Shown here: piece by piece, positions 26,770 to 35,051 of the stretch
Numbering within the stretch: the stretch's first letter is position 1
How the letters are laid out: each line of letters begins with the position of its first letter
Origin: a virus
Reading direction: 5' to 3' (one strand)
IMG/VR virus record: IMGVR_UViG_3300035189_000005
Span: 1-64,000 of that record
DNA length: 64,000 bases
Position numbers and translations under genes: made by a program
Notes under the pieces: generated by a model
Told to the model about the DNA's origin: nothing
Database searches by the model: none
The model's input: the letters and a program-made list of their open reading frames with translations, nothing else

Positions 26770-27152
26770 TAGAATGTACCCCAGTAGTTGTAGTCATCGC
26801 CCAGAATTGGACGCCAGATCTCATCGAAGAAGCAGTTCATGGAGGCACCTTTAAACATCGGTGCAATGTCCGTGTCTTTCAGACCCGCCAGACCACAACC
26901 AATACGGGTAACTTGGAAACCCATTTTGGGATGGCCTTTGGCATATGCCAGGAAGCCCTGAACATACTGAGCAATGCGCTCAAGAGGCATGGTCAGTACA
27001 TCCACATCTTTGGTTGGAATGGCCCAGCTATCACCACAATGGCCGTAGCTGAAACCATAACGGGCACCATGTTTCATGTACGCCGTCTTGGCTGCACCGG
27101 CACCATGGATACCGGATTCATTACTTCCAAACACGAATATCATCTTTGGCAT
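26769..27152 (-). CDS. A1S_2505-family (macrodomain-like) phage protein, N4 gp14-like
   Basis: IFVFGSN..GIHGAGAA...AIPTK...VTRIGCGLAG. Confidence 0.8.
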   Translation of the reverse strand: MPKMIFVFGSNESGIHGAGAAKTAYMKHGARYGFSYGHCGDSWAIPTKDVDVLTMPLERIAQYVQGFLAYAKGHPKMGFQVTRIGCGLAGLKDTDIAPMFKGASMNCFFDEIWRPILGDDYNYWGTF

Positions 27153-27223
27153 TTTGTTTCTCCTTGGTTCTAGTTGGCACTTTTTTAGTTGCCAGTTTAG
27201 TGTTGGGATTGCACCGAGAGCAT

Positions 27224-27577
27224 TTACACTCGGACATCGATTTCATGGTGTCGCGACAGATCATCATTGTATTTCTCAATCTGGGAGTAGACCCAGATGT
27301 TGCGGTTAATGTTTCGATGACAGTTATGGTTGTCCGACTCGATTTCAAAGTCGTAAATGTCATCATTGAAAGGCAAACGAGGACTCATTCCTTGTTCCTC
27401 GAATCGTCGTTGCAAATGCTTACGCATCTCCATCCTCCGATGTCCAGGCATCTCACCGAAATAGTAAATATTTCCGCAAAGCCCACAAGCACGGTTGAAC
27501 ATATTGGACTTCGCTCCGGCATACAGCCAAGCCAAATAGTCCATAAAGAACTTATGTAACAGTTGGTCGTTATTCAT
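27224..27577 (-). CDS. hypothetical protein
   Basis: SD AGGAG; F.R..GLC.N and LPFN pattern. Confidence 0.6.
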   Translation of the reverse strand: MNNDQLLHKFFMDYLAWLYAGAKSNMFNRACGLCGNIYYFGEMPGHRRMEMRKHLQRRFEEQGMSPRLPFNDDIYDFEIESDNHNCHRNINRNIWVYSQIEKYNDDLSRHHEIDVRV

Positions 27578-27637
27578 GCACTATCTCCTGATTATCGCGA
27601 GGTCTCGGCTCCGCAGGAGCTGAGCCGAGACATACGC

Positions 27638-28420
27638 TTATTGTTTGGTGAACGCACAGAGTTCAATCCGATCTGCGATGTTGAACAGATCGAACACCGG
27701 GATGCCGAGGTGACGGGCAATGCGAATTGCTTGACCAGTGCCACCACCGCCTTTACCACCAGGGGTCCAGCAGATGATGCAGTCAGCCTTGGTATTGAGA
27801 TCGATGCCGACAACTTGTGGCACATTGCGTGCGTGCAAAGCCCTGGCACCTTCGGAGCATGCACCCCAGTTGGGATGGAATGCTGCTGCAATCTTCCATG
27901 CTTCTTGCTGGATTTCAGCAGGAGCAGTGCTGAAGTTGATGATTCGGTAATCATTAGATGGTGCACCATTGAAGCCAGCCCATGGGATGAAGATCTCCAT
28001 GAAGCCGTTGACCTTTTCAGCACCACGAGCAAATGCGTTGTCTGCACCATCAGCGAAACCGCTACGCAGAATCCAGCCTTGCTGACCCAACTGTTCACCA
28101 ATGGACTCCATCCATTCGAGTACATCTTCGGGAGTCTCACGACTGCCGATGCCTGCATAGATCTTCATCTTCTTTGGCTCCACTACGGTGTGTGGTTGTG
28201 GAAGGACTTGAATGCGGCGAGTACGCAGCACATTGTCCTTGTTGATTGGTGGGTGTTCAGACATGAACTGGTCGATGATTGGACTCAGATCCAACTCAAC
28301 GGATTCATGCTTACGCTTTGAGAATCCTTTGCGAGTTTGCTCACCTTCCTTGTGGTAGCGTTCTTCCCACTCTTCCATTGATTCCTTACGCAGTTGCTTT
28401 TTTCTTTTCCAGCTGGACAT
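27638..28420 (-). CDS. DprA/SLOG-like Rossmann protein with charged N-terminal extension
   Basis: YAGIGSRETP, LRSGFADGADNAF, HARN, GGTGQAIRIA. Confidence 0.8.
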   Translation of the reverse strand: MSSWKRKKQLRKESMEEWEERYHKEGEQTRKGFSKRKHESVELDLSPIIDQFMSEHPPINKDNVLRTRRIQVLPQPHTVVEPKKMKIYAGIGSRETPEDVLEWMESIGEQLGQQGWILRSGFADGADNAFARGAEKVNGFMEIFIPWAGFNGAPSNDYRIINFSTAPAEIQQEAWKIAAAFHPNWGACSEGARALHARNVPQVVGIDLNTKADCIICWTPGGKGGGGTGQAIRIARHLGIPVFDLFNIADRIELCAFTKQ

Positions 28421-28622
28421 TTTTCATCTCCCGTTTGGTGACTGCACTGTGAAACCAATTCATCAGGTCAGTCTTCTTGTAAAAGTGGACTGGTCGAGCG
28501 AAGCCACTCACCAATGCCACTTTAGGCAATGGATGGATAGTGGCTAGATACTCGATCTGTTTCTTGGTCTTGCCTACGGTCTTCGCCAATTCAGCAAGCC
28601 CCATCACTGGTGGCCTAGACAT
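28386..28622 (-). CDS. hypothetical, possible wHTH DNA-binding protein
   Basis: MGLAELAKTVGKTKKQIEY...LPK...FYKKTDLMNW. Confidence 0.5.
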   Translation of the reverse strand: MSRPPVMGLAELAKTVGKTKKQIEYLATIHPLPKVALVSGFARPVHFYKKTDLMNWFHSAVTKREMKNVQLEKKKATA

Positions 28623-28797
28623 GGAGATTGTTGGACTCCACGTGTGCTACCAGTTGTTCGATGGTTTCCTCGAACTCAGTGCGTTGCACTGTCCCTTCAG
28701 GCAATGTCATTGCCAGGGTGATGAGATTGGCCTTGGCCTTCTCCCACGAGGAACGACGAATTACCTTCAGCAATACTTCAGCGGCTGGTCTGTCCAT
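28615..28797 (-). CDS. hypothetical protein
   Basis: Packed early ORF. Confidence 0.5.
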   Translation of the reverse strand: MDRPAAEVLLKVIRRSSWEKAKANLITLAMTLPEGTVQRTEFEETIEQLVAHVESNNLHV

Positions 28798-29075
28798 TAG
28801 AACTGTCCATTTGTGTACGGTGGTTGATACCCCAACTCTGCTAGCTGATCACGTAGACCTTGATCAAACTCTTTGCAGATCCGGGTGTTGTTGAACTGAC
28901 CATCGCTGAGGTCATAGAGATGATCAGCCATTGCTGACTTGTCGAGGCTCTTGCTCAGTGACACACGAGCACAGCGACGACCATTCTCATAGGCCTCAAC
29001 GTTGGTTGGTCCCTTGAACCATTTAAGGAGTTGCTTGATCACCAGTTGGTTCCTCCAAGTTATCTGCAACGACAC
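28797..29075 (-). CDS. hypothetical protein
   Basis: Packed early ORF; start uncertain. Confidence 0.5.
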   Translation of the reverse strand: MSLQITWRNQLVIKQLLKWFKGPTNVEAYENGRRCARVSLSKSLDKSAMADHLYDLSDGQFNNTRICKEFDQGLRDQLAELGYQPPYTNGQF

Positions 29076-29247
29076 CCATCACTTCGATGAGTTGGAAGAC
29101 ATCATGCCCAGGCTCACACTCAAACTCAGCAGGCCAGTTCCTGAGCATGGTTGAGAGTGTGTCCTTTGCATCCTTGATTGCATTGGCAAGATGCTTCCGC
29201 CGCACATGCAACGGAGCATCACCGGAAGTGAGCCGTCCCTTCCTCAT
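29023..29247 (-). CDS. hypothetical protein
   Basis: ATGA-coupled early ORF. Confidence 0.5.
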   Translation of the reverse strand: MRKGRLTSGDAPLHVRRKHLANAIKDAKDTLSTMLRNWPAEFECEPGHDVFQLIEVMGVVADNLEEPTGDQATP

Positions 29248-29522
29248 ACCTGGAATGCCAAGTAGAGAAGACAGGCAGCACCCACCAAGCAGATGATAAT
29301 CACCTGTTTAGTGATCGATTCGATAAACGATTCCTTACGTTCACGTTCCCAGAGCACACGACGACGTTGCATCAGCTTGTCCAACTTTGGGCCGAGAATG
29401 CTGATACGACGCTGAGCTTCACTCTTCGAGTAACCGGAGGTGTGACGGATGTTTTGGATCTTGGCGATGCGCTCAATGATCCAGCTAATCCTCAAGCTCA
29501 AGATTGTTGTACGAATACCCAT
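29244..29522 (-). CDS. basic protein with C-terminal TM helix
   Basis: SD GGAG before MGIRTT; hydrophobic C-terminus. Confidence 0.55.
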   Translation of the reverse strand: MGIRTTILSLRISWIIERIAKIQNIRHTSGYSKSEAQRRISILGPKLDKLMQRRRVLWERERKESFIESITKQVIIICLVGAACLLYLAFQV

Positions 29523-29549
29523 GTTGTTTCTCCAAGATAGGTCTAACAA

Positions 29550-30023
29550 TTACACCATCCAGTAAATGGTGGATTCGGTTTCGATACGACCGGAGGTTGC
29601 TTCCACACTGACCATGCGATCAGTACGGATCTCCTTACCATCGACTGTACCCATTAGGAAGAAACCGCCATTGCGGTGAGGGAAGATTGTCGGATGACGA
29701 ATCACCTTCTCAGGCTTGGTGATTTGCTTCGGAGTTGAGTCCAGCAATGTGCCCTGGGTCAGGGACTGGTACTCAGTAGCAGCACGCTTATCTTCCTCCA
29801 CGATTCGCATACCCAACTTGGTGTAGCCACCCCATGTGGGATAGACACTGCTCCATAGCAAATCCGTACCGTCATACGAATGGATCTCAATGTGGGACAT
29901 TGGGCTGTTGTCTTTCAGCAAAGCCCGACTGTCAGATGCCAGAATGGCGAGACTAACATCGTTGATCACATTGCTATTCACACAGCCATTTTTGAAGATG
30001 GTGACACGGGTAAATCCAGCCAT
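29550..30023 (-). CDS. hypothetical protein
   Basis: SD AGGAG; 157 aa. Confidence 0.6.
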   Translation of the reverse strand: MAGFTRVTIFKNGCVNSNVINDVSLAILASDSRALLKDNSPMSHIEIHSYDGTDLLWSSVYPTWGGYTKLGMRIVEEDKRAATEYQSLTQGTLLDSTPKQITKPEKVIRHPTIFPHRNGGFFLMGTVDGKEIRTDRMVSVEATSGRIETESTIYWMV

Positions 30024-30100
30024 GATGAGTGCTCCTACAGTTTAGGTTGCTTTAGTCGATTTGGGTCTGAAAGTTCAACTTACATTACAGGTGAAGTTGA

Positions 30101-30132
30101 AATGAAAAGGGACACTCGGATGAGTGTCCCTT
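30101..30132 (-). terminator. intrinsic terminator
   Basis: AAGGGACACTC/GAGTGTCCCTT stem followed by TTCATT on the minus strand. Confidence 0.75.
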
Positions 30133-30138
30133 GGGGTT

Positions 30139-30549
30139 TTACAGCGACAGCGGTTGCAGGAACGGATTTTCATGGGCAGCCACGGTTGGTGCTTCGTCGT
30201 TGACGTGACGCAACTCGATCTGAAGGTTCAGGATACGAGTTTCGCCCGGTGCCAGGGTCTTGGCCAGATCCACGATCTGGTCATGCAGTGCATTGCGAGC
30301 CTGTTGCTGTGCAGCCCAGGTTGCATTGCGGCTGTTGACCGGCAGTGGTTCAACGTTGTCCAGCGGGATACCGACCGGCAACGAGATGAAGCGTGGTTCG
30401 TCTTCGCCTTCCAGTACGACACCGGCCTGGTAACCGATGTTCAGCCAGAACTGAGCCTTTGGACGCTCATCACGAGCATTAGCTTTCGGAGTAGCAGCGG
30501 ATGCAGTGCCGAAGGTCTTTTTGAAGTCAACGCCAGAATTCATAGCCAT
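30139..30549 (-). CDS. ssDNA-binding RNAPII cofactor (N4 gp2/Drc-like)
   Basis: PKAQFWLNIGY...FISLPVGIPLD...LAPGE...LQIELRHV signature. Confidence 0.85.
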   Translation of the reverse strand: MAMNSGVDFKKTFGTASAATPKANARDERPKAQFWLNIGYQAGVVLEGEDEPRFISLPVGIPLDNVEPLPVNSRNATWAAQQQARNALHDQIVDLAKTLAPGETRILNLQIELRHVNDEAPTVAAHENPFLQPLSL

Positions 30550-30617
30550 GGTGAATCTCCTAAAGTGAGTGGACAGAATTGTCCCCATTGCACACTCAGT
30601 GAATGTGCAAGAGTGGA

Positions 30618-30809
30618 TCAGAACTGTTTTACAGCGTCATACGCTGCCATTAATGCCTCCCTCAGCGAGTAATCACGGAAGGATTTATTGCCTACCTTTA
30701 CCACCCAGCTACGAGTTGCATCGTCCTGGAAGAAAGTGACTGTGGTGTCAGTACCATTTTCGATGTAACCGGCAAGCTCTCGCAGTCTGTCTATGGTGTC
30801 ATTATCCAT
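30618..30809 (-). CDS. hypothetical early protein
   Basis: SD GAGG before MDNDTIDRL. Confidence 0.55.
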   Translation of the reverse strand: MDNDTIDRLRELAGYIENGTDTTVTFFQDDATRSWVVKVGNKSFRDYSLREALMAAYDAVKQF

Positions 30810-30813
30810 TGGT

Positions 30814-30972
30814 TCAGTCCTCGGTTTCAGCAGACCAGTCATGGTCTTTGCCTTTGCACTGTTCGTGGTAACCACCACAGCAGGCATAGCATTCACCACA
30901 TTTACCAGCAGCCTTGGCCGCTGCGATCTCTTGAACAGGTTCTTCAATCTTGTCATTGCTAGTGATGAACAT
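30814..30972 (-). CDS. 52 aa Cys-rich early protein
   Basis: Manual translation MFITSNDKIEEPVQEIAAAKAAGKCGECYACCGGYHEQCKGKDHDWSAETED; SD GAGG; first gene after the hairpin promoter. Confidence 0.55.
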   Translation of the reverse strand: MFITSNDKIEEPVQEIAAAKAAGKCGECYACCGGYHEQCKGKDHDWSAETED

Positions 30973-30997
30973 GGATCTATCCTCGGTTGATGATTCT

Positions 30998-31015
30998 CAC
31001 CAGCCGCAGAGCGGC
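30998..31015 (-). promoter_or_regulatory. N4-type vRNAP hairpin promoter
   Basis: Template (+) strand C-ACCA-GCCGC-AGA-GCGGC: 5-bp stem, 3-nt loop with central G, 4-nt spacer to a C start. Confidence 0.65.
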
Positions 31016-31023
31016 AGCTTATG

Positions 31024-31209
31024 TCAGTCGTAGTAGTCAGCAGGCAGAGTGCAGACCGATGGGTTGGTAGCAACGCCACCATTCCAGCGCAATACACGTA
31101 CTGTCAGGTTAGCCCATTTCAGTGCCTGTTCAGCACTGCCTACTACGCGATACAGATTCTGTTCGTTGCCATCACGGTCACTGACAGTCAACTCAGCAAG
31201 ACGTAGCAT
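31024..31209 (-). CDS. hypothetical early protein
   Basis: SD GAGGAG before MLRLAEL. Confidence 0.5.
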   Translation of the reverse strand: MLRLAELTVSDRDGNEQNLYRVVGSAEQALKWANLTVRVLRWNGGVATNPSVCTLPADYYD

Positions 31210-31210
31210 T

Positions 31211-31360
31211 TTAGTACTCCTCTCCCAGTGCACAGAGACATGCGAAGGTGACAACCACCTGCACAGCGATTGCCAATGCCCAGTGGAGATTCCCAAACAG
31301 GAAAGCACCAACGATGAACATTGTTATTGCTCCAAGTAGAAAAGCGATTAGCTGATTCAT
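31211..31360 (-). CDS. 49 aa membrane protein
   Basis: Manual translation MNQLIAFLLGAITMFIVGAFLFGNLHWALAIAVQVVVTFACLCALGEEY; SD AGGA. Confidence 0.5.
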   Translation of the reverse strand: MNQLIAFLLGAITMFIVGAFLFGNLHWALAIAVQVVVTFACLCALGEEY

Positions 31361-31578
31361 TGATCGTGAATTCCTGAATGGGATTTAGGGTTGGTACTGG
31401 TTACGTGAAGGGATGATTAGGGATTAGGAAATGTCTAATAGACTAGTGAGATTTACTGGTATCACACTCCCATCCGTCATCTCTCTCATGTAGAGATGCT
31501 ATCCAGGGATGGATCTATCCATCCTTGTTACCTATCCCTAACGCAACCAGGGTTACCACCGAAGTGATAACCCGAAGG

Positions 31579-31902
31579 TTACGCAGTAGTTGCAGGACGC
31601 AGCAGCGAAGTGAAGGTGTTATACGATTGCTCGTAGAACTGAGCGTGATCTGCCGATTGGAGGCAGAACTTTTGAACCTTGAGCTTGGCTTGAGCCTGCT
31701 CGAAGGATTTCTCTTGAATGAGGGTCTCGATGAAGACCTCTTTGTCAGCGACCTGACGGATACGCTGGTTGTCAGCAGCAGCAGTTACGAAGCTGGTGAG
31801 CATACCGACGCCAGTGTTGGCAGCATCCAGAGTGGAAGTGACAGTGTTTGCAGTGGCTTGCACAGTGTTGAGCAGAGCACCGAAGGTAAGACGAGTAGAC
31901 AT
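31579..31902 (-). CDS. first early gene (N4 gp1-like)
   Basis: SD AGGAG, MSTRLTFGALL...; directly after the hairpin promoter. Confidence 0.7.
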   Translation of the reverse strand: MSTRLTFGALLNTVQATANTVTSTLDAANTGVGMLTSFVTAAADNQRIRQVADKEVFIETLIQEKSFEQAQAKLKVQKFCLQSADHAQFYEQSYNTFTSLLRPATTA

Positions 31903-31932
31903 GGTAGGACTCCTAAGTAGTAGCCGAAATGG

Positions 31933-31951
31933 CCAGAAGGCGCAGAGCGCC
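31933..31951 (-). promoter_or_regulatory. N4-type vRNAP hairpin promoter
   Basis: Template (+) strand CC-AGAA-GGCGC-AGA-GCGCC, the same architecture as N4 early promoters. Confidence 0.75.
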
Positions 31952-32093
31952 AGTGTTAAGGGGGCACCCCTAGTGTAGTGGGGTGGTAGAGTACCGGGGG
32001 GGTACTTGAGTTCACGGGTGTCCCCGTGTAGCACACCCTACGTAGAGACTTTCCTAAAAAATTTTATGAAAAGTTTTTCCCTTAAGATTAGAT

Positions 32094-32438
32094 CTAAAGT
32101 AGTGGGGAGAATTCGCGGGTGAGGTACTCAATGAAGTAGGCGTAGGTTTCGTTTGCTTCATTGGTTTGGACAGGGACACCGACGTAGGCCAGGTATCTGA
32201 TGGTGGCGTGGAACAGTTCATGGATCAGGGAGGTGAGTTTGCCGTCACCGACGTAGATGTACATGACGCTGTTTGATTCGAGGTAGTCATGGACGCAAGC
32301 ACCGATGACATCAGTGAGGTAGTCATCATCACAGGGTATGCCTGCTTTGCGCATGCTCTTGATGAGACTCTTGCGAGTGGTATGTAGCTCGATGATTCCT
32401 GCGTTGAACAACTCTGGAGTGATTGCTTTGCTTTTCAT
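32094..32438 (-). CDS. hypothetical protein with HExxH motif
   Basis: LIHELFHA; SD AGGAG. Confidence 0.65.
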   Translation of the reverse strand: MKSKAITPELFNAGIIELHTTRKSLIKSMRKAGIPCDDDYLTDVIGACVHDYLESNSVMYIYVGDGKLTSLIHELFHATIRYLAYVGVPVQTNEANETYAYFIEYLTREFSPLL

Positions 32439-32456
32439 GGTTGGCTCCTTTTAGAC

Positions 32457-32493
32457 ATAAAAAAGCCCGGACGGTGGTCGAGTCGTCCGGGCT
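32457..32493 (-). terminator. intrinsic terminator
   Basis: AGCCCGGACG/CGTCCGGGCT stem followed by a T-tract on the minus strand. Confidence 0.8.
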
Positions 32494-32647
32494 GCGGTGG
32501 AGATTCAAGTCGCTCCACACGACTACTACATCACAAGGGGAATTGGTGAATCTCTTAGGAGCCCTCCCTGCTGTAGCTGGCACTGTTATATCCCCACCTG
32601 TGCCTGGGGTTTTGGACATAGCGTCATCAAGCAACGCTAGGTTAATT

Positions 32648-32908
32648 CTAATTCCATGCCCTGTCTATAGGGTCGAAGGAGTAAAACTTTTCGAACTTGG
32701 CTCTGTGTTGCTCGGTCAGGTCACACTCAATGACGATCTCCATCTTGTACCCGAAGACCATGGATAGACCGAGATAGATGTCCTTCTCCTTTTGGTTCCT
32801 GACAATGAGGATGGCAGACCATGCCTTCGTTGCCCGCTTAGCCATGTCTTCGAGGGTGATGGCCTTGAGCGGGTTGCTGCCATTGCGATACCAGATCTCT
32901 TCATCCAC
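32648..32908 (-). CDS. hypothetical protein
   Basis: 86 aa ORF; ends in a FxFY motif like the neighbouring gene. Confidence 0.5.
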   Translation of the reverse strand: MDEEIWYRNGSNPLKAITLEDMAKRATKAWSAILIVRNQKEKDIYLGLSMVFGYKMEIVIECDLTEQHRAKFEKFYSFDPIDRAWN

Positions 32909-33188
32909 GGACTAACTTCCTTGATACCACCTGGGCATCAGGGTTGTAGGTGTAGAAGCTGAAGGTACGCAGGCCATCTTTGCTTGGGTCGTGCTGACCC
33001 TTCAGGTGCAAGATCGGCATCTTGGGGTAGACCAGGGCCATTGCCTCGTAGGTGTCCAACTGTGCTTGGTCTTTGCAGATGAGGTTCACTACGTAGCCTT
33101 CACCTGTCATTGTCCACAGGACACCTTGCCAGTCGGTGGTCATTACCTTGCTACCTGCATCGGTCTTGAAGTAGAAGTATTCATTCAT
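32901..33188 (-). CDS. hypothetical protein
   Basis: MNEYFYF start. Confidence 0.5.
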   Translation of the reverse strand: MNEYFYFKTDAGSKVMTTDWQGVLWTMTGEGYVVNLICKDQAQLDTYEAMALVYPKMPILHLKGQHDPSKDGLRTFSFYTYNPDAQVVSRKLVRG

Positions 33189-33348
33189 GTGAGGAAGCCC
33201 CCTTTTCCCTTTTGGTTCAGTAGCTTGGCTACGGACAATAGGACCCCTTCGTCTCTGTCTAGTGGAGAGAAACGTTTGCGGTCTACCTGTAATCAGTCTA
33301 AAGTCTATCCCTATTACACACCCCAAGCAACAAGCTCTGGAGTAGGTC

Positions 33349-33591
33349 ATGAGTGAAAGCTTCAAGTTGCCGGTGTACGGCAAGGCCAAGATCCCTGGGA
33401 TCAGTCAACCACAGATTGAGTACCGGGTGGTGCTGAAGGAAGATCTCACTGGTGCTGACTGGGAATACTTAGCCAAGAAACAAGATCTGGAGGGGGCCGG
33501 GATTCTCGGCAGTCTCACCAAGCGTCAACACGACACACACCTCTTGCAACTGATGCAAGATTACTTAGCGAAGAAGGAAAAGAAGCAATGA
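33349..33591 (+). CDS. hypothetical protein
   Basis: SD GGAG; first plus-strand gene. Confidence 0.6.
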   Translation: MSESFKLPVYGKAKIPGISQPQIEYRVVLKEDLTGADWEYLAKKQDLEGAGILGSLTKRQHDTHLLQLMQDYLAKKEKKQ

Positions 33592-34322
33592 CAGCTACCA
33601 AGGTTGTGCAGCAGGACATCGAAGACGAAATCGTAGCGGAGCAGTATCACATCCTGCCCAACACGACGACTACGGTCTGTGTGCTCACTGGCAAGACTGG
33701 CTGGTCGGAGACTGGTATCAGTGCCTGTGCTGACCCAGCCAACTTCGACGAGAAGGTCGGCAAGGACCTGGCGTACAAGAACGCCTTCAATAAGTGGTGG
33801 CCGGTACTCGGGTTCCGACTCAAGGACAAGTTGAGCCTGATCGAAAAGGCCGGTGCTCCTTCGGGCAAGATCCTGGAACTGGGTTCGCCTGTCACCTACA
33901 TTGGAACCAAAGTGGTTCGTGCAGTGGCGATGACCCGTGCCGAGTACAACATCTACCGTGGCTGGGCACTGCCCGAGAATGAGAACGGTGACGACAATGG
34001 CTTCCTCGTCGAGTACGTCGATGGCGGTGCCACCAATGTCGAAGGCCATGCTGGCTATGTTAGTTGGTCCCCGTGGGATGTGTTCGCTCGTGCTTACGAG
34101 GCACCGACTCGTGTTGAACCAAAGGTAGAGACTTACCGGGATCGCATGAAGGAAGAGCTGAATGATCTGTTGATGGACATCACCAAGCTCACAGCTTTCA
34201 CCAATACCAAGACGTTCAAGAATCTCCCCCAGGTGGAACAGGATGATCTCGTTGAACAGTGCGAGCACATGATCCGGTACAGCGATGTCCTCATCCGCCG
34301 AATCAAACGCATTGCCAAGTGA
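33588..34322 (+). CDS. three-domain fusion: gp49/66-family domain, YIGTK...SWSP domain and helical-hairpin domain
   Basis: TVCVL..GW.ETG.SAC.DPANFD.KVG..LAY.NAF.K.W...GF.L; YIGTKVV.A..MTR.EYN..RGW...GYVSWSP.DVF..AY; RMKEEL..L...I.KL.AF...EQ..L..Q...M..Y..VL..RI. Confidence 0.75.
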   Translation: MTATKVVQQDIEDEIVAEQYHILPNTTTTVCVLTGKTGWSETGISACADPANFDEKVGKDLAYKNAFNKWWPVLGFRLKDKLSLIEKAGAPSGKILELGSPVTYIGTKVVRAVAMTRAEYNIYRGWALPENENGDDNGFLVEYVDGGATNVEGHAGYVSWSPWDVFARAYEAPTRVEPKVETYRDRMKEELNDLLMDITKLTAFTNTKTFKNLPQVEQDDLVEQCEHMIRYSDVLIRRIKRIAK

Positions 34323-34370
34323 ACCAAAGGGGGAGTGCTAGCTCCCCCGAACCAAAGAAGGATTAGACCT

Positions 34371-35051
34371 ATGTTAACGGTACAGGAATTAGCCAAAGCA
34401 TTGCCTGCCAACCTCAAGAGTGCGGCTACTCCTGCTCTCTTGGCGAAGGTCAATGGGATCGTGTCGGACCCTACCTTGGCAGAACAGATGCGTGAGAACT
34501 TCGTCTCGTACACCCATGTCCTCGCGGATGGGAAGTACAAGATGGACGACTACATCAATGCTGTGATGTACGTTAGTTATAAACTGATGGGACATAGCAA
34601 CCAAGACGCCTATGCCAAGACGTTCCCTCAACGGTACGCCACCATGCAAGCAGCGGGTCGGCCACCGAAAGAGATCAGTGCCTACGTCTCGATCTACAAC
34701 AAAGGCAAGCTGGTCAACGCCATCATGGAACAGAGCGTCATCCCTTCGTGGGTTCTGAACCAAGATGTATACCAGGAAGCAATCAACGTCCAGAAGGATC
34801 TGATGCTCAACGCCCAGAGCGAGAAGGTTCGGAGTGACGCAGCCAACAGTCTGCTTACTCATTTGGCTCGACCTAAAGAGGTGGGACCAGGGATCAACAT
34901 CAACCTTGGAGATAAAGTGGACGGGATGGAAGACCTCCGTCGCACTCTCATGGAGATCTCTGGTGTCAGTCGTCAACTGATCGAACAGGGAGTGGACATC
35001 CGAGCAATCGCTGAACACAAACTGGTATCGGTTGATGGGGAGGTGGTATGA
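34371..35051 (+). CDS. N4 gp69-like protein (putative terminase small subunit)
   Basis: Directly upstream of TerL; SEKVRSDAANSLLTHL. Confidence 0.7.
   Translation: MLTVQELAKALPANLKSAATPALLAKVNGIVSDPTLAEQMRENFVSYTHVLADGKYKMDDYINAVMYVSYKLMGHSNQDAYAKTFPQRYATMQAAGRPPKEISAYVSIYNKGKLVNAIMEQSVIPSWVLNQDVYQEAINVQKDLMLNAQSEKVRSDAANSLLTHLARPKEVGPGININLGDKVDGMEDLRRTLMEISGVSRQLIEQGVDIRAIAEHKLVSVDGEVV

Noticed and set aside
27602-27631. GC-rich hairpin GTCTCGGCTC/GAGCCGAGAC as terminator or vRNAP promoter
   Set aside because: No U-tract; the inner GCA loop lacks the central G and the correctly spaced C start.
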